NCBI GenBank assembly: GCA_041497895.1
Contig: JBGQHJ010000007.1
Location: 1-62,241, forward strand
Source: Candidatus Methylomirabilia bacterium
GTDB lineage: Bacteria; Methylomirabilota; Methylomirabilia; Rokubacteriales; CSP1-6
DNA length: 62,241 bases
Direction: 5' to 3'
The notes beneath the pieces were generated by a model, which worked only from the letters and a program-made list of their open reading frames with translations, did no database searches and had not been told where the DNA came from. Below are positions 36,985 through 47,301 of the stretch, in pieces (the first letter of the stretch is position 1; every line of letters starts with the position of its first letter). The translations under genes were made by a program, and so were the position numbers.

Positions 36985-38241
36985 TCAGACCTTGACCGCC
37001 GCCGACCAGTCCACGATCGGCACCCAGCGGTCGCCCTCCACCCGCGTGAAGTACACGCTGTCCAGGCCTTGGTGGCGCTCGGATGTGAAGGTCACGGACG
37101 CCCCGATCCCCACGTCGAGTCCGCGAAGCGACTCGAGGGCCTGGCGGAAAGCCGGACGACCCGCATTGGCCCCGGCACGCTTGAGCGCTTCGGTGATCAC
37201 CCGCGCGTTGACGTAGCCCTCGAGACTGATGAAGCTGTACTTTTGGGGCACGTAGCTGGCGTCGCGGATTCCCTCCGGCACCGATGGGTTGTGCTTGTCC
37301 ATCAGGGCCCGATATTCGACCACTCCCGGCAGCGCGGCGTCGTCGTAGCTCGGCACCACCTGGGAGTTGATGAGGCCCCGCGTGTAGTCTCGGCCCTTGG
37401 CACGGCCGTGCTTCACGAGCAGTGCGAGCATGGCGTCAGATCCCACGAACGAGACGTTGGAGATCGGCACCATGAAACCCGCGTCGCGGGCCGACCGGAC
37501 GAACGCGGCACACCCCTGATAGGCGCCGGTGCAGAGCACGACATCACAGCCGGCCTCCCGCAGGGCCGCGACCGCGATGCCCATGTCCTCGTCGAAGGTC
37601 GCGTTCCGGACGTAGGTGGCCTCCGCCGCGATCCGAGCGTTGCGGGCGGCGAGCGCTCGCGCGACGCCATCGGTACCGCTGCGGCCGTAGGCGTCGATCT
37701 GGTAGTAGACGCCGAAGCGGCGCGCGCCCACCTGCCAGAAGCGCTCGACCAGCGCCTGCATCTCCTGCCGATAGGACGCCCGCACGTTGAAGACCTGATC
37801 GGCGTACGGCGCCTCGCGCTGCGGCTGCGCGCCGGTGAAATTGCCGACCAGAACCACGTGCTGATCCGCGTACTGCTTGATCACGGGCAGCGCGCGCGTG
37901 AGCGTCGGGGTACCCACGTAGTTGGAGAGGAAGAAGACCTTCTCGCGATCGAGCAGCTGAATCGTGTTCCGGATGCAGGGCTCGGGATTGTAGCTGTCGT
38001 CGAGCGCCACCACCGAGATCGGCCGTCCAAATACCCCGCCGCGGGCGTTGATCTCGCTGTAGTAGGCCTGGGCCCCCCGATAGAGCTCGGCGCCGAGGCC
38101 CGCGGCGGCACCGCGGAACGCGGCGCTCATCCCGATGCGGATCTCTCCAGCCCCGGCACCTTGGGCCGTCGCGGCGGATTCGGCCAGGATGCCGCCGGTC
38201 GCGCCGGCGGCGAGGATCCCGAGGAAGTCTCTCCGGTTCAT
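36985..38241 (-). CDS. Tat-exported periplasmic binding protein (LivJ-like, Peripla_BP_6)
   Basis: MNRRDFLG twin-arginine signal; INARGGVFGR, DDSYNP, YVGTPT, FNVRASY. Confidence 0.88.
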   Translation of the reverse strand: MNRRDFLGILAAGATGGILAESAATAQGAGAGEIRIGMSAAFRGAAAGLGAELYRGAQAYYSEINARGGVFGRPISVVALDDSYNPEPCIRNTIQLLDREKVFFLSNYVGTPTLTRALPVIKQYADQHVVLVGNFTGAQPQREAPYADQVFNVRASYRQEMQALVERFWQVGARRFGVYYQIDAYGRSGTDGVARALAARNARIAAEATYVRNATFDEDMGIAVAALREAGCDVVLCTGAYQGCAAFVRSARDAGFMVPISNVSFVGSDAMLALLVKHGRAKGRDYTRGLINSQVVPSYDDAALPGVVEYRALMDKHNPSVPEGIRDASYVPQKYSFISLEGYVNARVITEALKRAGANAGRPAFRQALESLRGLDVGIGASVTFTSERHQGLDSVYFTRVEGDRWVPIVDWSAAVKV

Positions 38242-38759
38242 GTCTCGACCCTCCGGGCGGGCTCGTCCCCGCCGAGCGTGGATCGCAGGACGGCCAGGAT
38301 CCGGGGGACGTCCAGCAGGGCCAGCGTCTCGCCGGCCCAGGTGAGCCATCCCGCGACGAGCCGGTGCGGGCGATGGCCCGCCGGAGCGGGGCCCTCGGGC
38401 GAGAGCACGTCGTCGAACGGCTCGAGTCCGAGCACGGTATCTACCGCGACCGCGGCGAGAAGGGCGCCGTCGCGCAGGACCAAGGTGCGCATGCTGCGAG
38501 CCGGCCGCAGGTCGGGAAGCCCCAGGAAGGGGCCCACGTCGACGATCGGGATCACGGTGCCCCGGAGATTGGCCACTCCAAGAAGCTGACGCGGAGCGCG
38601 CGGCACCACGGTGAGCTCGTCGAACACGGCCACCTCCCGCGCACCGCGCACGTCGACCGCGAACCGTGAGCCCGAGACGGCGAACAGGCAGGCGCGGAGC
38701 GCCGGAGGTGTCTCCGGGAGGGCGGACGGGAGCGCGAGGCCGCCGGGGGTTTGCGCCAT
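38238..38759 (-). CDS. CheW/PilI-like adaptor
   Basis: AREV...LTVVPRAP..LLGVANLRGTVIPIVD, AVAVDTVLG. Confidence 0.9.
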   Translation of the reverse strand: MAQTPGGLALPSALPETPPALRACLFAVSGSRFAVDVRGAREVAVFDELTVVPRAPRQLLGVANLRGTVIPIVDVGPFLGLPDLRPARSMRTLVLRDGALLAAVAVDTVLGLEPFDDVLSPEGPAPAGHRPHRLVAGWLTWAGETLALLDVPRILAVLRSTLGGDEPARRVET

Positions 38760-38763
38760 GATG

Positions 38764-39126
38764 TTACTTCACGAACTGGCGGACCACACCGAGGAGCTGC
38801 TCCGCGGTGAACGGCTTGGCCAGGTAGTCCGCGGCACCCTGGCGCTGGCCCCACAGCCGGTCACTCTCCTGATTCTTGGAGCTGACGAAGACTACCGGGG
38901 TGTCCTTGGTGCGGGGATCGCGGCGGATACCGCGCAGCACCTCGTATCCATTGCGCTTGGGCATCACGATGTCGAGGAGGAGCACGTCGGGCCGCTCCTC
39001 CACCACGCGGTCCTCGAGCTGCTCGCCGTCCTGATAGGAAACCACCTGGTGACCGGCTGACTTCAGGATGCCCTCGATCACCTTCAGCTCCGATAGCGCA
39101 TCATCCACCACCATGACCTTTCCCAC
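38764..39126 (-). CDS. PilH-like single-domain response regulator
   Basis: GTG at 39126 after GGAGG; LLDIVMPKRNGY, SSKNQESDRLWGQRQGA..YLAKPF resembles PilH. Confidence 0.88.
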   Translation of the reverse strand: MGKVMVVDDALSELKVIEGILKSAGHQVVSYQDGEQLEDRVVEERPDVLLLDIVMPKRNGYEVLRGIRRDPRTKDTPVVFVSSKNQESDRLWGQRQGAADYLAKPFTAEQLLGVVRQFVK

Positions 39127-39214
39127 GCGCTCGTCCTCCCGGCTGAGGTTCACCCTCGCACCCCCGGCCCACAGCACGACGGCCGCTGAGGGCTCCGCAG
39201 GGGGGTGCATCTAC

Positions 39215-39231
39215 TGCAAACCCCCTACCAA
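39215..39231 (-). promoter_or_regulatory. Candidate sigma54 promoter of the chemosensory/MglAB/PilB operon
   Basis: The minus strand reads TTGGTAGGGGGTTTGCA (GG-N10-GC), about 90 nt upstream of the start codon. Confidence 0.55.
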
Positions 39232-39587
39232 CCGAGGTTTTCTGCCGGCTTGGACAGCATGTGCAAGGCAGACAAGGAGATGTCATGGATTCAAGGCTTT
39301 CGGGCTGTCCGGGCCTGTTTTCTCGGCCGGGCGCACCAGAGTGACAACGGGTGGACGTCCGTCCAGTGACGCTCACTGTCAGGGCAGGTGCCCCTGACCG
39401 TCGGCCGCCCAGAGGCTTGGGCGATGTTGCTCGGGCCCTGCGACACCGGCCTGGGTCGAGCCCGGGCGCCGGCACCAGGCCCCAACTTGCGATGGTCCGG
39501 GGCCTATGCTAGCGTGGCACTGCGTTTTTTATGGAAGCCTCACCCGCTGTCCTGCGGCCTATCTGACGGCAAGGAGACCCTCGATCC

Positions 39588-39914
39588 ATGGCCGAGTCCA
39601 CGCTCCATCTCACCGAGGCCAGCTTCGACACGGAACTGGGTAAGCACAACGAGCTCATGATGGTGGACTTCTGGGCCGAGTGGTGCGCACCCTGCCGGGC
39701 CATCGCCCCGACCCTCGAGGAACTGGTGCGCGAGGGCAACGGCTCCGTGAGCCTCGCGAAGGTGAACGTGGACGAGCAACCCGCGCTGGCTGCCCGGTAC
39801 GGCATCCGGTCCATCCCGACCATCCTGTTCGTCAAGGGCGGCCAGGTGCTCGACCAAGTGATCGGCGCAGTGCCCAAGGCCCAGCTCAAGAAGAAGCTGG
39901 ACGCCAACGCCTGA
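39588..39914 (+). CDS. trxA: Thioredoxin
   Basis: VDFWAEWCAPC, YGIRSIPT. Confidence 0.95.
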   Translation: MAESTLHLTEASFDTELGKHNELMMVDFWAEWCAPCRAIAPTLEELVREGNGSVSLAKVNVDEQPALAARYGIRSIPTILFVKGGQVLDQVIGAVPKAQLKKKLDANA

Positions 39915-39924
39915 GCGGCCACCC

Positions 39925-41459
39925 ATGTCGACGGTGGGCCCCGGCCTGCCTCCGCTCTCACCGACGCGTGAGGAGTTCCACGCCTTGGCGGGACAGGGCA
40001 ACCTGATCCCGATCTTCGCCGAGCTGGCCGCGGATCTGGACACCCCGCTCTCCGCCTTCTTGCGGCTGCGGCCCGGCCCGTACGCGTTCCTCCTCGAGTC
40101 GGTCGAGGGTGGCGAGAAGTGGGCGCGCTACTCGTTCCTGGGCACCGACCCGCACCTGGTGTTCACCGCCAAGGGCAGCCGGGTCAGCGTCCGGCGCGCC
40201 GACGGAACCACGGAGCTCCTGCCGGGCCGGGACCCGTTCGAATCCCTGCGTGGTCTACTCGCCCAGTTCAAGCCGGTTCCGGTGCCCGGGCTGCCCCGTT
40301 TCCAGGGCGGTGCGGTTGGCTTCCTGTCCTACGACATGATCCGGCACGTGGAACGGCTACCCGTGCTGGCCAAGGACGACCAGAAACTCCCCGACGCGGT
40401 GTTCATGTTCACCGACAGCTTGCTGGTCTTCGACAACCTGCGCCACCGGCTGCTGGTGATCGCCAATGCCCACATCACCAGGACCGACCCGGCTTCCCTC
40501 GATCGGGCCTACGACGCGGCGGTGGTGAAGATCGGCATGCTGCTGGGCAATCTTCGGCGGCCCGCTCGGTCCCCCGCTCCGCTCACCCTGCCACCGGTCG
40601 ACCCGCTGGTGGCGCTGGGCGACGAGGGCTTCACCTCGACGATGGATCAGGCGACGTTCATGGACGGCGTGCGACGGGCGAAGGAGTTCATCGCGGCCGG
40701 CGACGCCTACCAGATCGTGATCTCGCGACGGCTCGATACCGAGCTGCGGGCCGATCCGTTCACGGTGTATCGCGCACTCCGCACCATCAATCCCTCTCCG
40801 TACCTGTTCTTCCTGCGTCTGGGCAAGACCAGCATCGTCGGCTCGTCGCCGGAGGTGCTGGTGCGCCTCGAGGACGATCGCGTGGAAGAGCGGCCGATCG
40901 CGGGCACCCACCCGCGCGGACGGACCGAGGAGGAGGACGCCCGCCTCGCGAGCGAGATGTGTGCCGATCCCAAGGAGCGCGCCGAGCACGTCATGCTGGT
41001 CGACCTGGGCCGCAACGACGTGGGCCGGGTCAGCCGCATCGGCTCCGTCGAGGTGTCGGAGTTCATGGTGGTGGAACGCTACTCGCACGTGATGCACCTG
41101 GTGAGCCACGTGCGGGGCCGCCTCGAACCCGGCAAGGACGCGTTCGACGTGCTCGCGGCGTGCTTCCCCGCCGGCACCCTCACCGGCGCGCCCAAGATCC
41201 GCGCGATGGAGATCATCGAGGAGCTCGAGCCGACACGGCGCGGCCCGTACGGTGGCGCGGTCGGCTACATCTCGTACTCGGGCAACCTGGATTCGTGCAT
41301 CACCATCCGCACCGTGGTGTGCCACGGGCGCCGTGCGTCGATCCAGGTGGGGGCCGGCATCGTGGCCGACTCGGACCCCAAGACGGAATGGCTCGAGACG
41401 TGCTCGAAGGCCCGTGGGATGATCCTCGCTCTTCGCATCGCTTCGCAGGAGTCGGCCCA

Positions 41460-41463
<4 letters not shown>
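39925..41463 (+). CDS. trpE: Anthranilate synthase component I
   Basis: [51 protein letters not shown]. Confidence 0.9.
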
Positions 41464-42040
<577 letters not shown>

Positions 42041-42044
<4 letters not shown>

Positions 42045-43093
42045 AGGCATCCGAACCACCCGAACGGGTGGACCTGGGGCGACTGGGCGAGCGTGGGCTG
42101 ATCCGTCGCATCAGGGGAAGTAGGGTCGCGAGTGGGGCCCCGGGCGTCGAGGTCGGAATCGGCGACGACACCGCGGTCCTGACGGTTCCCCCCGACCACC
42201 GGCTGCTCGCCACCACCGACCTTCTCATCGAGGACATCCACTTCCGGCGAAGCTCCGCCAGCCCCGCCGACATCGGCTGGAAGGCCCTCGAGGTCAACCT
42301 CTCCGACATCGCCGCGATGGGCGGCATTCCGCGGTGGGCTCTGGTCGCCCTGGCCGTGCCCGCCGGAACGGACGTGGAGGCGGTGGACGCGTTCTACGTC
42401 GGCATGGCGGAGGCGGCCGCGCCCCACGCGGTCGCGGTCGTGGGCGGCGACACCTCGGCCTCGCCAGATGGCTGGATGGTAAACGTGACGCTGCTCGGCG
42501 TCCACCCCGGCGCACCGAGGCTCCGCTCCGACGCGCGCCCGGGCGACGCGATCGCGGTCACCGGGAACCTCGGGGCGTCCGCGGCCGGGCTCTACGCGCT
42601 CGAAGTCGGCCCGGACCGGGCGCGCGCGAGCGGCCTCGCCCCGGGCTCCCTGGCCGACATCGTGGCGGCCCATCTGCGGCCGCGGGCGCGGGTGGCCGAG
42701 GGTCGCTGGCTGGGCGAGGCGCTCGGCGTGCACGCGATGATCGATTGCTCCGACGGGCTCGCCACGGATCTCGAGCACATCTGCCGGGAAAGTGGCGTGG
42801 GCGCCCGCGTGAGGCTCGACCACGTGCCGGTCGCCGCCCCGGCCCTGGCCGCGGCCCGCGCCCTCGGCATGAACGCGCGCGACTGGGCGGTCGGGGGCGG
42901 CGAAGACTACGAGCTGCTGTTCACCTGCGAGCCGGGCGCGGCGGACCGCCTCGCCGCCGGCCTGTCCGCGGCCACCGGAACCCCGCTCACGGTCATCGGT
43001 CGCATCGAGGGAGACGCTGGGCGCGTGGTGTTCGTGGACGCCGATGACGAGCCGGTGGCGGTGCGGAGCGGCTACGAGCATTTTCATGGATAG
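42041..43093 (+). CDS. thiL: Thiamine-phosphate kinase
   Basis: ATG at 42041; [38 protein letters not shown]. Confidence 0.93.
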
Positions 43094-43098
43094 CGCAC

Positions 43099-44376
43099 GT
43101 GGATAGCCGGCTCGTTCCGGAGCTGATCGGGCTCGGCGTGCTGCTGCTCATCTCCGCCCTGCTCTCGGGCGCCGAGGCCGCGTACTTCTCGCTGGGGCGC
43201 ACACGCCTCAAGGAGCTCGCCGAGCAGCAGGGCCAGACGCCGGGCCCGCTCGCCCCGCTACTCGCTCAGCCGCACGAGCTGCTCGTGACCCTGCTGGTCG
43301 GCATCACGGTGGTGAACATCGGCGCCTCCGCGCTCGCCGCGGCCATCGCGGAGCAGGTCTTCGGCTCCAAGGGCCTGGCGATCGCCATCACGGGCATGGT
43401 CTTCCTGCTCACCGTCTTCGGCGAGGTCCTGCCGATGACCCTGGCGGTCGAGCATCCGCTTCGCTTCTCGACCTGGGTGAATCGGCCGGTGGCGTGGCTC
43501 TCCATTCTTCTGAAGCCGATCCGGGTCGGCCTAGGTGCCTTCACCGCCATCACGCTGCGCCTGGCCGGCTCCGAGCACCAGGCGGGCCGGCCCGAGATCT
43601 CGGAGGAGGAGCTGCGCACCCTGGTGGACGTGGGCGCGCGGGAGGGCGTGGTCGAGCGCAGCGAGCGCGAGATGATCCATCGCGTGTTCGAGCTGGAGGA
43701 CACGCTCGTGCGGGAGGTGATGGTCCCCCGCCCCGACATGTTCTGCCTCGACGTCGACACCGAGACCGCCCGGCTCCTCCCCCAGCTTCGCGAGCAGCTA
43801 CACTCGAGGGTGCCGGTCTTCGAGGAGACCATCGACCAGATCGTCGGGGTGCTCTACACCAAGGACCTGCTCCCCTACCTCGACGGCCTGCCGGCCACCT
43901 TCGATCTGCGCCAGCACCTGCACCCGCCTTACTTCGTCCCGGGCTCCAAGCGGGCCGACGCCCTGCTGCGCGAGTTCCAGGCCAAGAAGCTCCACCTGGC
44001 CATCGTGGTCGACGAGTACGGCGGCACTGCCGGCCTTGTGACCCTCGAGGACCTGCTCGAGGAGCTGGTCGGCGAGATCCGCGACGAGTACGACGAGGAC
44101 GAGCGCCTGATCCAGCGGGTAGCGCCGCGCAGCTTCCGCGTCTCGGGCCGCCTCCCCATCGACGAGCTGAACGCGGCCACCGGACTCGCGATCCCCAACG
44201 ACTCCTTCGACACCGTCGGGGGCTGGGTGCTCGACCTCTTCGGGCGCGTCCCCCACAAGGGCGAGAAGAAGGAGGCGGACGGCATCCGGGTGGCGGTGGA
44301 GAAGGTCGAGCGCACCCGGGTGCTCGAGGTGCTGGTGACCCTGCCCGAGGTGGCCGAGCGGAGCGAGGCCGCGTGA
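43099..44376 (+). CDS. CNNM/HlyC/CorC family protein (DUF21-CBS-CorC)
   Basis: [49 protein letters not shown]. Confidence 0.92.
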   Translation: MDSRLVPELIGLGVLLLISALLSGAEAAYFSLGRTRLKELAEQQGQTPGPLAPLLAQPHELLVTLLVGITVVNIGASALAAAIAEQVFGSKGLAIAITGMVFLLTVFGEVLPMTLAVEHPLRFSTWVNRPVAWLSILLKPIRVGLGAFTAITLRLAGSEHQAGRPEISEEELRTLVDVGAREGVVERSEREMIHRVFELEDTLVREVMVPRPDMFCLDVDTETARLLPQLREQLHSRVPVFEETIDQIVGVLYTKDLLPYLDGLPATFDLRQHLHPPYFVPGSKRADALLREFQAKKLHLAIVVDEYGGTAGLVTLEDLLEELVGEIRDEYDEDERLIQRVAPRSFRVSGRLPIDELNAATGLAIPNDSFDTVGGWVLDLFGRVPHKGEKKEADGIRVAVEKVERTRVLEVLVTLPEVAERSEAA

Positions 44377-45632
44377 TCTACGTCTGGATCATCGGGCTCT
44401 CCCTGCTGGTGACCGCGATCTTCTCGGCCGCGGAGATGTCGTTCATCGCGGCCAACCGGGTGCGCCTCCGCCACATGGCGGAGGGCGGAAACCGGACCGC
44501 GGTCCGGTACCTGGACGCGTTCCGCAGTCCCGAGCGGCTGCTCTCCACCGCCATGATGGGCGTGACCATCGCGCACATCACCGCGTCGTCGGTGGCGACC
44601 TGGGTGCTCCTGCCGGTGGTCGGCGGAGCCGCGGCCATCCTGGTCACGCTGGCCCTCACCCCGATCATGCTGGTCTTCGGCGAAGTCATCCCGAAGGCAG
44701 TCGCCCGGGAGCGAGCCACCGCTTTGATCCTGTGGCTGTTCCCGGTAATCGAGGCGCTGGGCCGCCTGCTGACCCCACTCACCTGGGGGGCCAACGCCCT
44801 CGTGGGAGGGGCCCTGTCGCTGGTCGGACGCCAGCGCACGAGCACCCGCCAGTTCGTCTCGCGCGAGGAGCTCAAGCTCCTGCTCCAGATGGAACCCGAG
44901 GAGGCCGACGTCACGGTCAGCGAGGCCGAGATGATCGACAAGATCTTCGACCTCGGGGAAACCGCGGTGCGCGAGGTGATGGTGCCCCTCGTCGACGTGG
45001 CCGCGCTGCCCGAGACCGCGTCCCCCGCCGACGTGGTCCGCCTCATCCAGGAGCGCGGCTTCTCGCGCATCCCGGTCTTCACCGACCGGGTGTTCAACAT
45101 CGTCGGCGTGGTCACCGCCATGGATCTGCTGCGGCGCGGGGCCGAGGCGCCGGACCTGCGCGCGCTGATGCGCCCGGCCACCTACGTCCCGGAGACCAAG
45201 CGCATCGACGATCTCCTCCGCGAGATGCAGAAGAACCGGCTGCAGCTGGCGGTGGTGGTAGACGAGTACGGTGGCGCGGTCGGCATCGTCACCGTCGAGG
45301 ACATCGTCGAGGAGGTGGTGGGGGAGATCCGCGACGAGCACGACCGCACCCCCGACACGGTCGAGCGCCTGCCCGACGGGAGCTACCGGGTGGCGGGTCG
45401 GGCCAGCCTGGAGGAGGTCAACGACGCGCTCGAGTGGGACCTGCCCAAGGGCGACTTCGAGACGGTGGCCGGCCTCGTCCTCGCCACCCTGCACCGCATC
45501 CCGCTCGTGGGCGAGGTATTCCGGGTGCGACGCTACACCGTCACGGTGCTGGAGGCCGACAAGCGCCGGGTCCTTGCGGTCCGCATCACCCCCGACACCT
45601 CCAAGAAATCACCCGAGAGGGCCGACGCCTGA
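44373..45632 (+). CDS. Second CNNM/HlyC/CorC family protein
   Basis: GTG at 44373; [39 protein letters not shown]. Confidence 0.92.
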   Translation: MIYVWIIGLSLLVTAIFSAAEMSFIAANRVRLRHMAEGGNRTAVRYLDAFRSPERLLSTAMMGVTIAHITASSVATWVLLPVVGGAAAILVTLALTPIMLVFGEVIPKAVARERATALILWLFPVIEALGRLLTPLTWGANALVGGALSLVGRQRTSTRQFVSREELKLLLQMEPEEADVTVSEAEMIDKIFDLGETAVREVMVPLVDVAALPETASPADVVRLIQERGFSRIPVFTDRVFNIVGVVTAMDLLRRGAEAPDLRALMRPATYVPETKRIDDLLREMQKNRLQLAVVVDEYGGAVGIVTVEDIVEEVVGEIRDEHDRTPDTVERLPDGSYRVAGRASLEEVNDALEWDLPKGDFETVAGLVLATLHRIPLVGEVFRVRRYTVTVLEADKRRVLAVRITPDTSKKSPERADA

Positions 45633-45679
45633 GGGACAAGCGCCGCGCGCACTGCTAGGGCGCGGCGTTACGTTGTGGT

Positions 45680-45921
45680 GATACGGTGGCGTCGACACCC
45701 CGATGAACGTTGCCGGGCGCCAGCGGCGCCCCGCGAGGGCACGTGGCGTTAGGGTAGCGTCGACACCCGATGAGCAGCGAAGGGCGCCCGCAACGCACCG
45801 CGAGAGCCCGATGGTGTTACGGTAGTGCCGTCACCCCGATGAGCAGCGAAGGGCGCCCGCAACGCACCGCGAGAGCCCGATGGTGTTACGGTAGCGCCGC
45901 CACCCCGATGAGCAGCGAAGA
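45680..45921. repeat. Intergenic tandem repeat, unit about 69 bp, about 3.5 copies (first copy degenerate)
   Basis: CCCGATGA core at 45699, 45766, 45835 and 45904; units 45766-45834 and 45835-45903 are nearly identical. Confidence 0.9.
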
Positions 45922-45985
45922 GCGCGAAGAGGCCGAACCGCCGGCCGAGATGATTCACCTCCAACGACTACGAAAGGACAGAGCG

Positions 45986-46660
45986 ATGGCGGGCAAGATG
46001 GTCGAGTTCCCGAGCAACGGACACACCGCGAAGGGCCACCTGGCGACCCCGGCCTCCGGCAAGGGGCCGGGCGTGATCGTGATTCAGGAGTGGTGGGGCC
46101 TGGTCGGCCATATCAAGAACGTGTGCGATCGCTTCGCCGCCGCTGGCTTCTCGGCGCTCGCGCCCGATCTCTACCACGGACAGACAGCGACCGAGCCGGA
46201 CGCGGCCGGCAAGCTCTTCATGGCCCTCAACATCGAGCGAGCCGAGAAGGACCTGGCCGGCGCGGCCAAGTACCTCGCCGGGCACTCCTCGACCGCAAAG
46301 CTGGGCGCGGTCGGCTTCTGCATGGGCGGCCAGCTCGCGCTCTTCGCGGGCTGCACCAATGCGAGCGTGGCCGCGGTGGTGGACTTCTACGGCATCCACC
46401 CGAACGTGAAACCGGCCTATGCCCGCCTGAACGGCCCGGTGCTTGGCCTCTTCGCGGAGAAGGACGCGTTCGTGACGCCGCAGACCGCGCGCCAGGTGGA
46501 GGCCGACATCAAGAAGGCGGGCAAGCCGGTCGAGATCCACATCTACCCCGGCGTCGACCACGGCTTCTTCAACGACGAGCGCGCCGACGTCTACAACAAG
46601 CCGGCCGCCGAAGACGCCTGGCGCCGCACCCTCGACCTGTTCAAGAACCACCTGAAATAA
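45986..46660 (+). CDS. Dienelactone hydrolase family protein
   Basis: ATG at 45986 after AAAGGA; IQEWWGL, APDLY, GFCMGG, HGFFN. Confidence 0.92.
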   Translation: MAGKMVEFPSNGHTAKGHLATPASGKGPGVIVIQEWWGLVGHIKNVCDRFAAAGFSALAPDLYHGQTATEPDAAGKLFMALNIERAEKDLAGAAKYLAGHSSTAKLGAVGFCMGGQLALFAGCTNASVAAVVDFYGIHPNVKPAYARLNGPVLGLFAEKDAFVTPQTARQVEADIKKAGKPVEIHIYPGVDHGFFNDERADVYNKPAAEDAWRRTLDLFKNHLK

Positions 46661-46701
46661 CCACGCCAACACAGCCGAAGCGGGTTGCCCGCTGACTGGG
46701 G

Positions 46702-46734
46702 GAGTGCGGGGGCCATTCCTGGGCCCCCGCATTC
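46702..46734. terminator. GC-rich hairpin between convergent genes (bidirectional terminator or REP-like element)
   Basis: GAGTGCGGGGGCC-ATTCCTG-GGCCCCCGCATTC, 13-bp stem with one G-U pair. Confidence 0.65.
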
Positions 46735-46803
46735 AACAGAGTCTGAAAACTTAGAAGATTGTCCGCCGACAGGAGGACTGCGGGGACGAGAGAAACTGGG
46801 TGT

Positions 46804-47301
46804 CTACCCCGCGGCGGCCGCCGCCTTCTTCCGCCGCCCCTTTGCGGCACTCGCCCCGGCCTCACCCTTCTTGCCGGCCTTCTTGTCTTCCTTGGGAGCC
46901 TTCTCGGCCTTGGCGTCCTTCTTACCCTTCTCCTTCGGCGCCTCCGGTCGGTCCACCAGCTCCAGGACCACCATCTGAGCGCGATCGCCGGGACGCAGGC
47001 CCGCCTTCATGATGCGGGTGTAGCCGCCGTGACGCTCGCTGAAGCGGGCCGCGATGCTATCGAAGAGCTTCTTCACCACCTCGGCGTCCGGCACCATGGA
47101 CAGCACCTGCCGGCGCGCGTGCAGATCCTCGCGCTTGGCTAGGGTCACCATGTGGTCGGCGAGCCCGCGCACCGCCTTGGCCTTGGCCTCGGTGGTCATG
47201 ATCCGCTCGTGCCGGAAGAGCGCGACGAGCAGGTTCCGGAAGAGGGCCCAGCGGTGCGAGGTGACGCGCCCGAGCTTGAAGCCCGCCTTGCCGTGCCTCA
47301 T
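46804..47301 (-). CDS. rplQ: 50S ribosomal protein L17 with Lys/Ala-rich C-terminal tail
   Basis: [32 protein letters not shown]. Confidence 0.96.
   Translation of the reverse strand: MRHGKAGFKLGRVTSHRWALFRNLLVALFRHERIMTTEAKAKAVRGLADHMVTLAKREDLHARRQVLSMVPDAEVVKKLFDSIAARFSERHGGYTRIMKAGLRPGDRAQMVVLELVDRPEAPKEKGKKDAKAEKAPKEDKKAGKKGEAGASAAKGRRKKAAAAAG

Noticed and set aside
39127..39587. c-di-GMP riboswitch or other ncRNA upstream of the pilH-like gene
   Set aside because: Short palindromes are present, but I could not match a riboswitch consensus by eye. An Infernal/Rfam scan would be needed.
45680..45921. CRISPR array
   Set aside because: The would-be spacers are identical or homologous to each other and no cas genes are in the window, so this is a tandem repeat.
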